40,586 nt of DNA from a virus. Every line of letters starts with the position of its first letter. The first letter of the stretch is position 1. The stretch lies in UHGV virus genome UHGV-0211075. One strand, written 5' to 3'. Shown here in pieces: positions 25,075-33,880 of this stretch. Made by a program: the position numbers and the translations under genes. Under the pieces are notes generated by a model. It was given only the letters and a program-made list of their open reading frames with translations, was not told where the DNA came from and did no database searches.

Positions 25075-26525
25075 CAATCAGTCCCCGGAATCGCGTCATA
25101 GCTGTAGTCTGTCGTAAGCGACATCGGGCCGCGCGACGCTACGCCCTCTGTCCTAACCGTTGTTCCCTTGTCCGTCTGGATGCGAAGGCGAACTTCGCTT
25201 TGGGCCGTCACTCTGCCGTTGCCCGCCACCACGCCTTCGTCCACCCCCCTGAACCCCGCCGGAAGCCTGCCGTAGCTGTCGGAGAGCCTGTTCCCACGGC
25301 TCGACAGCTCATCCGTTTCTCCGAAAAGTTTCTTCAGGAACCTGCCGACGGCGGCCAGTTTGTCGAGGAAGCTGTCAAGCACCGGCATCCATGTATCCTT
25401 GAACTTGATGGCCAGTGCGATACCGGCCGCCAGCGACGTAAGGACAAGCCCAACAGGGTTCGCCATGGCCGCGACACCTAGAAGCCTCAGTGCGCCGATC
25501 ACCGTGGCGATTGATTTAACGAAGGCCCCGACCTTGATCACAAGGTCCATGCCGATCAGCACGCCAAAAGCCTTCAGAATCGTCGATACGCCGCCAACGG
25601 ATCGAATGAAGTCCGTGAAAGCGCGGATCGAATAAAACGCGCCCTGGATCATTGACTGCCAGTTGACGTCCTTCAGCTCTTTTGTCAGCTCTTCCACAAA
25701 ATACTGGACATTGGTCGCAATCAGGTCCCGGCACTTGACGATCGTCTGCTCCATAGGCTCGATCAGGCCCTGAAGAACCGGCTGGAGCCTGGATCCGATC
25801 GCGGTAGAGAGCGTTTTTGTGACCGACTGGAGCTCGGAGAGCTGATCGCCCAACTCGTTGGCCGCCTTGACGTCCGCGGCCGACATGACAAGGCCCAGCT
25901 CTTCGGCTCGCTTTCCGAAAGCCTGGAGCCCCTCGGCCCCATCCTTGAGAAGCGGTATCAGCCTCGCTGCCACCTTGTCGCCAAAGGCCGCCGTCAGAAT
26001 CTGCATCCGCGCTGCGGGAGACTCGTTGTTCTTCACCGCCTGGGCGAGATTGTTCATCACATCAGCCGCGCTGCGGATATGCCCGTTGCTGTCTTTAAGC
26101 GCAATGCCAAGGTGGTTGAACATGGCCACAAGGTCTGCGTTCTGGCCAGCGGCCGCCTTGCTCATGTTCGAAGTGAGCCTGGTGAGCGCTCCGTCGAGCT
26201 CATCGGCCGTCATGCCAGAGAGCTGGGCCCCGTAGCGAAGCTTCTGAAGAGCCTCAACCGAAACGCCGGCCCGGATCGAAGCCTTGTCAATGGCATCGGC
26301 CAGCTCGAGGTACGAAGAAACCGCACCTTTAATGGAAAAGCCGCCGGCACCGGCAAGGATGGCGAAGGGCTTGGCGATCACCCCGGCCAGATCCATCGAA
26401 GCCTGATTGAGCTCGCGGATCGATCTCCCGAATGCGTTCATGCGCCTGCGGACATCCTTCAGCGGAGCGGACAAATTGTCCCTCAGCTGAAGAACCGTCT
26501 GCAGCAAATATTCCTGCCCAGCCAT
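25074..26525 (-). CDS. Tape measure protein (short, 483 aa)
   Basis: Ala/Leu-rich helical sequence, ANPVGL motif, follows tail chaperone. Confidence 0.88.
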   Translation of the reverse strand: MAGQEYLLQTVLQLRDNLSAPLKDVRRRMNAFGRSIRELNQASMDLAGVIAKPFAILAGAGGFSIKGAVSSYLELADAIDKASIRAGVSVEALQKLRYGAQLSGMTADELDGALTRLTSNMSKAAAGQNADLVAMFNHLGIALKDSNGHIRSAADVMNNLAQAVKNNESPAARMQILTAAFGDKVAARLIPLLKDGAEGLQAFGKRAEELGLVMSAADVKAANELGDQLSELQSVTKTLSTAIGSRLQPVLQGLIEPMEQTIVKCRDLIATNVQYFVEELTKELKDVNWQSMIQGAFYSIRAFTDFIRSVGGVSTILKAFGVLIGMDLVIKVGAFVKSIATVIGALRLLGVAAMANPVGLVLTSLAAGIALAIKFKDTWMPVLDSFLDKLAAVGRFLKKLFGETDELSSRGNRLSDSYGRLPAGFRGVDEGVVAGNGRVTAQSEVRLRIQTDKGTTVRTEGVASRGPMSLTTDYSYDAIPGTD

Positions 26526-26692
26526 CACTCACACTCCTCGGCATGAATCTTGTTTGTCATTTCCGCGTACTGGCAGATGCGCTCCAGAGTCATGCCGCCG
26601 AATTCCTCCGGCGACATGCACCAGAACCTCGCCATTCGAAAGATCGATTCCTCGACGCCGTCAATCGTTTTCGCCCACCGGCGGCACTCCAA
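26525..26692 (-). CDS. Tail chaperone extension (GT/GpE'-like frame)
   Basis: 55 open codons incl. MARFWCMSPEEFGGMTLERI; stop overlaps tape-measure ATG as TGATG. Confidence 0.62.
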   Translation of the reverse strand: MECRRWAKTIDGVEESIFRMARFWCMSPEEFGGMTLERICQYAEMTNKIHAEECE

Positions 26693-26948
26693 AAAGAGGA
26701 GTGATCGCCTTCGCGATGGCCATGCTGTCTTCGACAGTCACCTGTCCGAAGGCCGCCGGCTCGATGGTTGTGCAAAGACGCTGCGCGTACTGCATGACAT
26801 GATCGAAGGCCTCGGCGTTGGTCTTCTCATCGCCCATCATCTTGAGCGCCTTGACGTCAGCAAGGATCGGCACGCGAAAAGAGAGCTTTTCGAATGTCGT
26901 GCCCTTGTAGGTCACCGGAGTCTTAAGAATCACCTCAACCGGCTTCAT
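26661..26948 (-). CDS. Tail assembly chaperone
   Basis: Between tube and tape measure; LKTPV...LSFRVP. Confidence 0.8.
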   Translation of the reverse strand: MKPVEVILKTPVTYKGTTFEKLSFRVPILADVKALKMMGDEKTNAEAFDHVMQYAQRLCTTIEPAAFGQVTVEDSMAIAKAITPLFGVPPVGEND

Positions 26949-27310
26949 GACCAGTCACCCCGCACGCCGTTGAACGTGAGCTGCACCGTGCCGTCTTCAG
27001 GGGCGAAGTTCGCACTGTCGCCCGCGAGGAAAGCGTCCGAGAGCGTGTAGCGCATGCCGTTTGCAAGCTCCGCCACGATCGTCATGTCGGTCGCAGTTCT
27101 CAGCTTCTCAAGCGGGAAATCAGAATCAACGTAGAAGTTGCCGGTAATGGACGGCACGACCGGCGTTTCCGAGTAGCCGATCACCCGCCCCGAGGCCGTC
27201 ACAGCCTGCCGCGTGTACTTATTGACCGGGATCTGAAGGGATCCGCTCAGGTTGAGCTCTTCCCCATCCACCGTGATGTAGCAGGTTCCTGAAATTCTCT
27301 GGTTAGCCAT
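26945..27310 (-). CDS. Tail tube protein (Mu gpM-like)
   Basis: RISGTCYITVDG...AELANG..YTLSDA...F.G. Confidence 0.9.
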   Translation of the reverse strand: MANQRISGTCYITVDGEELNLSGSLQIPVNKYTRQAVTASGRVIGYSETPVVPSITGNFYVDSDFPLEKLRTATDMTIVAELANGMRYTLSDAFLAGDSANFAPEDGTVQLTFNGVRGDWS

Positions 27311-27320
27311 TTAACACTCC

Positions 27321-28796
27321 TTAATTCAGACGGAACTGAGCAAGAACCGCGAAGATCCTCAGCTGGTTCACAAGGTCTGGCGGCAGCAGCACATCGATCC
27401 GGTTCGGATCGTCTGCATTGCGCTCGACAATGAGTTTCTGCTTGAAAGCGTCCAGGTTCTCGACAAGAGCCTTCTCCTCGAGCTTCTGGTACTCGGCGAT
27501 GAGCTCGGCGCGGATGATCGAAGGCGTGACCACAGCCTGCCCGGAGCCAAAGTGCGTTCCGTCGGAGGCGAGCTTGTGACGCGGGTACTTGCTCGTGATG
27601 ACGGTCTTCAAGTCGCGCAGGATGTAAGCGAGCGTAAAGAGCGCGCAGACGTCCAAGTACGAGTTGTCAGACGACCCGAAGGCGTTCGTCTGATAGGTCG
27701 TAATGGCCCGCTCGATCCTCATGTAGCCGCCCTGGGTGTACTCGGTCGCAATGCCCGAGGTGAGGAGGCTCTGGCGCTCCGAGAGGTTGAACCTCGAGCC
27801 GGCCTGCGCCGCCGCCACGCCAATCAGCTCCAGAGTCTGAAGCGGACGGGCGGGATCGTTGTTGAGAGCGCTCGCGGCCCGGGCGGCATATGCGCCGAGG
27901 ACTTCAGAGCAGGAGGAGGCCACCGCGGACTCGATGCCAAGGACGATTTCGTGCTGGTTGTTGCGGCTCTTTCCAAAGGAAACAAGATCAGAAACAGAGC
28001 CGCGCTTGACCGTGAAAACGTGCCCGTAAAGCTGGCGCATCGGAGACCATCTGCCGGATTTGTCGTTCAGCTCTTCCGCCAATGCGGTCAGGCTCGCCGC
28101 ATCCGCAAACGGGCAGGCAATCACGTCATACTGCTCTTCGCCCATCGCGGCCACCACCCCAGACAGATCCGGCGTTCCGGTTCCGCCCGAGAAGGCCGTC
28201 AGCGCAACGCTCACGCCCTCGGGGAGCTCTTCGCCCGCCGCATAGCCCTGGCGGTTCACTGCGAGCTGGATGTCGTTGCCGACAAGACCCGCGTTCTTCG
28301 CGTTGAAGGTCACCACCCCGGCGGCCGCGGCTGCAGTCACCGGAAGGTCCACATTGGCGGTCACAGCAGAAGCGATGGCAGACGCAATGGCGGTCGCCGT
28401 ATCATCCACCGCAACAGCGACGGACACCCGCACTGCTCCAATATAGAGGTTGATCGTCCCGGCTTCGGTCGGAGTGCCGGAAACGGTAGCCGTAGCGGAA
28501 GCTTTGGTTCCGGTCGGATCGGCAACCGGGATGCACCAGACCTCGCCGAAAGTATCGTTCTTGCGATACATCGCGCTCATCAGCGCGAGCTGGGAGCCGC
28601 GGCCGAAAAGTTCTTCGCCCTGGGCAGAGGAAGACACAAGCTGCGGCTTAAGGGCCGTGGCCTTTCCGCTTGTCATCTGGCCGATCAGCAGCGTTTTCAG
28701 AACGCTCGTCGCCGTATTAGCCTGAGAGTTGTCGAGCTCCGCATAAAAAAGCGGAACGCGAATCCCGGACGGGATGTTGGAGAAGGAAACTGCCAT
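27321..28796 (-). CDS. Tail sheath protein (Mu gpL-like)
   Basis: IRVPLFYAELDNS, FGRGSQL, DPARPLQTL, NQLRIFA. Confidence 0.95.
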   Translation of the reverse strand: MAVSFSNIPSGIRVPLFYAELDNSQANTATSVLKTLLIGQMTSGKATALKPQLVSSSAQGEELFGRGSQLALMSAMYRKNDTFGEVWCIPVADPTGTKASATATVSGTPTEAGTINLYIGAVRVSVAVAVDDTATAIASAIASAVTANVDLPVTAAAAAGVVTFNAKNAGLVGNDIQLAVNRQGYAAGEELPEGVSVALTAFSGGTGTPDLSGVVAAMGEEQYDVIACPFADAASLTALAEELNDKSGRWSPMRQLYGHVFTVKRGSVSDLVSFGKSRNNQHEIVLGIESAVASSCSEVLGAYAARAASALNNDPARPLQTLELIGVAAAQAGSRFNLSERQSLLTSGIATEYTQGGYMRIERAITTYQTNAFGSSDNSYLDVCALFTLAYILRDLKTVITSKYPRHKLASDGTHFGSGQAVVTPSIIRAELIAEYQKLEEKALVENLDAFKQKLIVERNADDPNRIDVLLPPDLVNQLRIFAVLAQFRLN

Positions 28797-28805
28797 AGTT
28801 GCCTC

Positions 28806-29372
28806 TTATTTAGTTAAAAGTTCAGCGGTGACGAGTTTGTCATCCTCGTCCGTAGTGGAAAAATCTTTAGCTTTGAGCCTTACAGACTGCAGAACCGGCA
28901 GGGCGTCAATGATTCGCTGCTGCGCCGTAATACTTCCCACCAAAAGCTCGCCGTAGGCAAAATCGAGCGTCTCAACGAGCCTCGCGCGGTTGCAGGCCGA
29001 CGTATTTACGCTCTGGCTCTCGAAATAAATGATCCGGTTTGTCTGCTCCGGATAGCCAAGCGGAAGCCCCAGCACGGCCTTGAAAACCTCTTCCTTCAGA
29101 TCTTCGAGGTAGTCGTGCCCGGTTTTCCCCAGGGCGTCGTCGCTCGTGAGCGAAACGCATATGTTGATCGAAAAGTGGTTTTCAATCGGCTGACGGTACT
29201 TGGTCGATGTGGTCGCCGTTTCCGCGGTCACGCCGGACGGGAGAACGAACGCACAGGGCATCACCGGACTCACGCTGTCGTCGATGTTGAACCACGCGTA
29301 GGCCCCGAAAACCCGGCGTTCAAAGGACGGGCAGTTCTCGCGAAGGCATTCGATAATCGGTGCAAGCTTCAT
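28806..29372 (-). CDS. Putative tail terminator/completion protein
   Basis: Position before sheath; LRENCPSFERRVFGA..PCAFVLP. Confidence 0.7.
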   Translation of the reverse strand: MKLAPIIECLRENCPSFERRVFGAYAWFNIDDSVSPVMPCAFVLPSGVTAETATTSTKYRQPIENHFSINICVSLTSDDALGKTGHDYLEDLKEEVFKAVLGLPLGYPEQTNRIIYFESQSVNTSACNRARLVETLDFAYGELLVGSITAQQRIIDALPVLQSVRLKAKDFSTTDEDDKLVTAELLTK

Positions 29373-29857
29373 TTAAATGTGATCTCCTTCGCGGCCAGCG
29401 CCTTGTCCATCAGGTGCGCGAGATTCGATTCGATGCGGTCTTCGCCCACCATCTTTGTCGCGTCCACCATGAAGTTCTTGCGGGGCTGGGCCACCTTCTT
29501 CCCGGCAGTCTTCTTCCTTCTCCGGTTGTCAGCCGCGGTCCGCGTTCTGGGACCCCTGTGGCCGTAATAGACATATGCCGGGTAGAAATCCTTCCCCATC
29601 TGGTCCGTCTTCCAGGGCTTGATCACCACCGAAAAACCGGGCCTCGAGGGCTTGGGCTTGATGGACTTCTGCAGCACGCCGGTGTCCCGTCCCGGGTATT
29701 CGTCCGGCTTTGAAACGCCCTTTTGGCGAACAAGGTTCTTTGCGACTCGCGCGATCTCGCGTCCCTCTTTCCGAAGTCCGCTTTTTAGTGTCTTCACATC
29801 GAAGTCGGCGTACTTAAAGCCCTTCGGGAAGCGAACCTCGACATCAAGAAGCGCCAT
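29369..29857 (-). CDS. Neck/tail completion protein (HK97 gp10-like)
   Basis: PGRDTGVLQKSI, FYPAYVYYG, PRKNFM. Confidence 0.72.
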   Translation of the reverse strand: MALLDVEVRFPKGFKYADFDVKTLKSGLRKEGREIARVAKNLVRQKGVSKPDEYPGRDTGVLQKSIKPKPSRPGFSVVIKPWKTDQMGKDFYPAYVYYGHRGPRTRTAADNRRRKKTAGKKVAQPRKNFMVDATKMVGEDRIESNLAHLMDKALAAKEITFK

Positions 29858-30194
29858 ACTGGGCCTCGCATTCCAAAGCCGTGAAGCGGTGGGCATCGTT
29901 CATGTCCGTCAGGCGCTTCACGAGATACCAGACGCCCTCGTAGAGGACCTTTGTCGCATGAGTCAGGTCCTGAGGCCGCGTTCCATCCATGTAGCGGACG
30001 ATGAAGCGGTGAGTCACGTCATATCCCGCCTGCACCGATCCCCAGTAGTTCACCCCGCCGATCACCTCCACCTTCGCCCAGGCGTGCAGCTTCAGCGTCA
30101 GGTTATTCGTACTGTCGGAGGCATCCTTCGGGCTCGTGTCCAGGCTGTAAATGTCGATGGGACGCTTCAATTCGCCTACTTTTGGAAGCTGCAT
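29844..30194 (-). CDS. Head closure protein
   Basis: GELKRPI, WAKVE, THRFIVRY. Confidence 0.85.
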   Translation of the reverse strand: MQLPKVGELKRPIDIYSLDTSPKDASDSTNNLTLKLHAWAKVEVIGGVNYWGSVQAGYDVTHRFIVRYMDGTRPQDLTHATKVLYEGVWYLVKRLTDMNDAHRFTALECEAQYGAS

Positions 30195-30202
30195 ACGGCC
30201 TC

Positions 30203-30523
30203 CTAAAAGATCCGATAGCCGTCGAGCAGGTGGTCATAGAACCGCCTGCCAGTCGCAATAGGGCTCTCTGATGCCCCGCGGTGCTCGTAAAGATCTGTCA
30301 CAGTTAGAAGCACCCATGTCCTGACAGCCTCCGGAACATCGTCAACAGAGTCACAAAGCGCGTTCTCATCTGATCGCTTCACAATTTCACGACCGCAGAT
30401 CTGCTCACACTGAGCGGTCGCTGCCATGATGTAGGTGACTATGAGCTCATCCTCATCGGCGTAATCAACGCGAAGCTGCTTCTTTGCGGCATCAAGCGTC
30501 ACGGCGCCGAAATAGTCACTCAT
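30203..30523 (-). CDS. Head-tail connector (gp6-like)
   Basis: VTLDAAKKQLRVD..DED.LI..YI.AA...LYEHR. Confidence 0.88.
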   Translation of the reverse strand: MSDYFGAVTLDAAKKQLRVDYADEDELIVTYIMAATAQCEQICGREIVKRSDENALCDSVDDVPEAVRTWVLLTVTDLYEHRGASESPIATGRRFYDHLLDGYRIF

Positions 30524-30701
30524 TTTTGTCTTCCTTCGCCGCTTTTCTCGATCGAGCCTTTGACGGCGAAACAACCTTCGCGGCCTGAGCCAGTCCCTGC
30601 TCAATCAGGACAATGGCGTATGGGTCGTAAACCTCTTCGACATCGCCCGCTTTCCGCGTTCCGACCATTGAGAGGCAGTCCTTGAGAAATTCGATTCGCA
30701 T
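30516..30701 (-). CDS. Small hypothetical protein after capsid
   Basis: 61 aa, AGDVEEV..A..LIEQGLA; coupled to next gene. Confidence 0.7.
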   Translation of the reverse strand: MRIEFLKDCLSMVGTRKAGDVEEVYDPYAIVLIEQGLAQAAKVVSPSKARSRKAAKEDKNE

Positions 30702-30756
30702 AGAAGAAAAGCGGGAGAGTTTCCCCTCCCGCCTCGGTCAAGCGTTTATAGGCTCA

Positions 30757-31935
30757 TCAGGCCGTGGGAACGCTGAGCGCGCCGCCAATAACGGCGGTGG
30801 AGTGCTCAACAGCCAGCGCAAGACGACGCTCCGCACGGATCGTGTAGAGGTTCTTGATGAAGTCGTCTTCGTTCTGCGCGGCAATATCAACCACGGTCTG
30901 CATGCGGTCGTACACCGTAGCGGCGCGGGCGAAATCGCCGGCGAGGAACTTGCCCTGGGCCATCGCGGCGGACTCAACAACGCGCACGCCCCAGATCGTG
31001 GAGGCGGAGAAGCTGTTGGCCGGAGATCCGAGCAGATAAGAACCATCGGAGGCCTTGAGGCCCTGCAGCACAGCCCAGTCCATCGGGTTCAGCACAACGG
31101 CGCTGGTGCGGTAACCCGCGGCGTTGACGGTCGCGAAGGAGATGCGCAGCAGATCAAGCATCGTCGCTCCGGAGCCGCCCAGCTGAGCGAGTTTGAACGC
31201 CTGGGCGGTGTAGTTTCCAGTCGCCATAATGCCGGCCAGATTGGGAGAGGTTCCGTTTCCGGAAAGCAGCTGATCCTCGGCCGCAAGATTCACGCCGTAG
31301 ATCATGCGGGCGTTGATGAAAGCCTGAAGAGCCGGGGCGTCGTCAGCGAGCTGGCGGGTAATCTTCGTCCAGTGGGCGATCACCTGCACCGGCGTCTGCT
31401 TGAGTTCGAACTCGAACGCGGACGAGGGCTTGGCTGCGGCTTCAGCAACGGTCGCGGCGCCGTTCGTGAAAGTCTTTTCACGGAGGTACTCAATCGACTG
31501 AGCAGAGGTCGGAAGCTTCGGGAAGAGGGCTTCAATCGAAAGCTCGCGGGTATCGAGCGGAACGATGCCCGGGACGCGGTACGGCGTCAGGTGAGCCTGC
31601 GCGGAAGTAACAGGGTTTTCGGCCGCCTTGTTCGCGACAACAGCGGACGCAGAGCGAACGCCGGTCACGCCCTTGAAGCGCTTGTAGGACTCGGAGTTCA
31701 CAAACTGCGCACCGATAGATTTGTCGGTGACTTCAGCACCATCGGCCTTCTGAGCCTTCTGCTGAATGTCGAGCAGCTGGCGGGAGAAGAGCACCTGCTT
31801 TTCGCCCAGTTCGTCAATTTTCTTCTGAACGTCCGCCTGGGCGGCTTCGCCTTTCTTGACGGATTCCTGCATGGTCGCGATGGAGGCGTCAATCTTGTTC
31901 AGGGCCTCGAGAGCGATTTTGATATCTTCTGCCAT
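30757..31935 (-). CDS. Major capsid protein, HK97 fold
   Basis: Delta-domain coiled coil; IAHW.K, EDQLLSGNG, IRAERRLAL. Confidence 0.95.
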   Translation of the reverse strand: MAEDIKIALEALNKIDASIATMQESVKKGEAAQADVQKKIDELGEKQVLFSRQLLDIQQKAQKADGAEVTDKSIGAQFVNSESYKRFKGVTGVRSASAVVANKAAENPVTSAQAHLTPYRVPGIVPLDTRELSIEALFPKLPTSAQSIEYLREKTFTNGAATVAEAAAKPSSAFEFELKQTPVQVIAHWTKITRQLADDAPALQAFINARMIYGVNLAAEDQLLSGNGTSPNLAGIMATGNYTAQAFKLAQLGGSGATMLDLLRISFATVNAAGYRTSAVVLNPMDWAVLQGLKASDGSYLLGSPANSFSASTIWGVRVVESAAMAQGKFLAGDFARAATVYDRMQTVVDIAAQNEDDFIKNLYTIRAERRLALAVEHSTAVIGGALSVPTA

Positions 31936-31953
31936 TTGTATTTCCTTTAGTGG

Positions 31954-32622
31954 TTAGAACCTTTCGGCGATGGCCTGAATTCGTGCCAGCACCTGTTTTT
32001 CAGCGTCGGACTCAGAATCCCTCTGAACCTTTTCGCTGATGATCAGCTCCTTGGCCTTGGCAATAAAGGCCTGAGCCTGAGCTTTCGACAGGCCGGCATC
32101 CCGCAGGCTCTCTTCCAGCTCTCGAATAGATACAACTTTCTGAATGTCTTCCGACTTCACCAGCCCGATCCGCGCCCGGTCATCGGCCGGGAAAGTGCAG
32201 ACCGAGATTTCGCGGAGGCCGGAAACTGACTTGATGTTCCTTCCGCCAGACTCATTCCATTCGTAGTCTTGCTTTGAAAGCAGAATCCCAACCGACAGGC
32301 CGTCGATCGTCCCCGCCTTCATCGCTTCATAGACGTCCCGGGCCTTCTGGATCGAAAGCGTCAGCTGACCTTCAACGTAAAGCCCCTGGGCGTTCTCTTT
32401 CATCGACGTATAGCGGCCGATAGGCAGGTCCATCGTGTTGTGGTTCAAAAAGATGGGCGGCATCCGGCCCAGCACTTTCTGATACGCCCCCGGGAGAATC
32501 GTGTCCCCATAGCTGTCGATTCCGTTGAACTTCGAGGCGTAGCCGCGGAAAAGCCCGGCCTCGCCTTCAGTTTTTAGCTCCACTTCATTGAGCGAGAGCG
32601 TCTTTTCAATAATCTGAGTCAT
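31954..32622 (-). CDS. Prohead protease, HK97 family
   Basis: GYASKF..IDSYGDTILPGA, NH, GLSVG, EISVCTFPA. Confidence 0.93.
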   Translation of the reverse strand: MTQIIEKTLSLNEVELKTEGEAGLFRGYASKFNGIDSYGDTILPGAYQKVLGRMPPIFLNHNTMDLPIGRYTSMKENAQGLYVEGQLTLSIQKARDVYEAMKAGTIDGLSVGILLSKQDYEWNESGGRNIKSVSGLREISVCTFPADDRARIGLVKSEDIQKVVSIRELEESLRDAGLSKAQAQAFIAKAKELIISEKVQRDSESDAEKQVLARIQAIAERF

Positions 32623-32629
32623 ATGCGCC

Positions 32630-33880
32630 TCATTGCTTAATCGGGTCGCCAAGCGGCGTCTGGTCTGTGTTCGTCTGTTCCCCCAGGCGATCAAGCGGCA
32701 CGAGGTTGTTCTGCGCCGTCAGAGCGTCGGCCCCGTCAACCGTCGGCAGGTTCTCGAGTTTTCTCACCTCGTTTCTCGTCATGAATCCGTTCTGCAGAGC
32801 TTTGCTGTAACTGTCATAGCGGCTGGCGATGTTTGCTCTCTGCAGCGCGCTCATCTTGAATTCACAGTTGAGCGTTTCCTGCTCTTCGATCGTGAGAAGA
32901 GTTTTTGTCAGCGCCTGCTCCAGGCCGGTACAAAGCGGTTGAATCGTCGATCGGTAGAAGCCTTCGATAATCTGCTCGAGACCGCTTGCCGCCGTGCCTC
33001 CGGAGCTGTTCAAAAGTGCGCTCGGCACACCGAACCACCGGCCAATTTCCTCAATCCCAAACTGTCGTGTTTCAAGCAGCTGGGCGTCTGCAGCCGACAT
33101 CGAAATCTGCTGGTACTTCATGTCGCCCGGCAGAACATGCAGCCAGTCTCCGGAACTCCCGGTCACAGGCGTCAGGTTTGCATAGCGCTCCTTCAGCTGG
33201 CGGATCTGAGACGGATTCAGATCCTGATCAATCATGAGAAGGCCGGTCAGCTGATTCCCGTTTCCGTACATCGTCGTGGCGTTCTTCTGAGCGTTCACGA
33301 GCTCGGTTGTAGTCGCCTGCATGTACTCAAGCGTCGACAGCCCTACAATGCCGTTCCCAAGCCCCTTCCAGTGAAGGATCTTGTCGGACTTGAAGTAATA
33401 GATGCTGCCGTCCTTGTAGTACTGGTAGACCACCTCGCCGTCGACCACGCCTACATCCATCTGATCTGCGGCTAGAGGAGTAAGACTTACGAGCTGGCCG
33501 GTTCCGTCTCGAGAAATCAGAGCGTATCCGTTGCCTCTGAGGAAGCGGTTCAGCCCCATGGCCATCCAGAAATCGTGCGGCGTCATGTTGGCATTCGGGG
33601 CGCGAAGCACCTGCCATACGCGGCACCCCCTCTCCTCTGTGCGGTTTCCGTCAGGATCCCGACGGTAAACAACGATGGGGAGAGAGGCAATCGTCTCTGC
33701 GAGCAGGGTAACGCATGACCACACGGCTGAGAGCTGCAGGCCGTGGTCCGGAGGAATCGGCTGGACTCCGCTTACAACAGGACCAGTTGGCTCCCTGCGC
33801 TGGAGACCGGAGACATCACCAATCGGCGAGCCCCATCCGGCCCAGTGGGCGATGGACCCAAAAATAGAGGCTATCTTCAT
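32630..33880 (-). CDS. Portal protein, HK97 family
   Basis: VWSCVTLLAETIASLP, PNANMT, FGVP, TRNEVRKLENLP. Confidence 0.95.
   Translation of the reverse strand: MKIASIFGSIAHWAGWGSPIGDVSGLQRREPTGPVVSGVQPIPPDHGLQLSAVWSCVTLLAETIASLPIVVYRRDPDGNRTEERGCRVWQVLRAPNANMTPHDFWMAMGLNRFLRGNGYALISRDGTGQLVSLTPLAADQMDVGVVDGEVVYQYYKDGSIYYFKSDKILHWKGLGNGIVGLSTLEYMQATTTELVNAQKNATTMYGNGNQLTGLLMIDQDLNPSQIRQLKERYANLTPVTGSSGDWLHVLPGDMKYQQISMSAADAQLLETRQFGIEEIGRWFGVPSALLNSSGGTAASGLEQIIEGFYRSTIQPLCTGLEQALTKTLLTIEEQETLNCEFKMSALQRANIASRYDSYSKALQNGFMTRNEVRKLENLPTVDGADALTAQNNLVPLDRLGEQTNTDQTPLGDPIKQ

Noticed and set aside
26590..26775. -1 frame ORF as the chaperone extension
   Set aside because: Arg/Ser-rich shadow-like sequence ending at 26590 with no coupling to the tape measure; the -2 frame fits better
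27552..31950. Long plus-strand ORFs (421 and 422 aa) opposite sheath and capsid
   Set aside because: Codon-aligned antisense shadows of GC3-rich genes with no RBS or recognisable motifs
31933..31953. Capsid RBS as trans target of orphan sRNA 1
   Set aside because: Only a 9-nt core (AAGGAAATA) plus 4 nt pair, mostly generic SD sequence, so chance cannot be excluded
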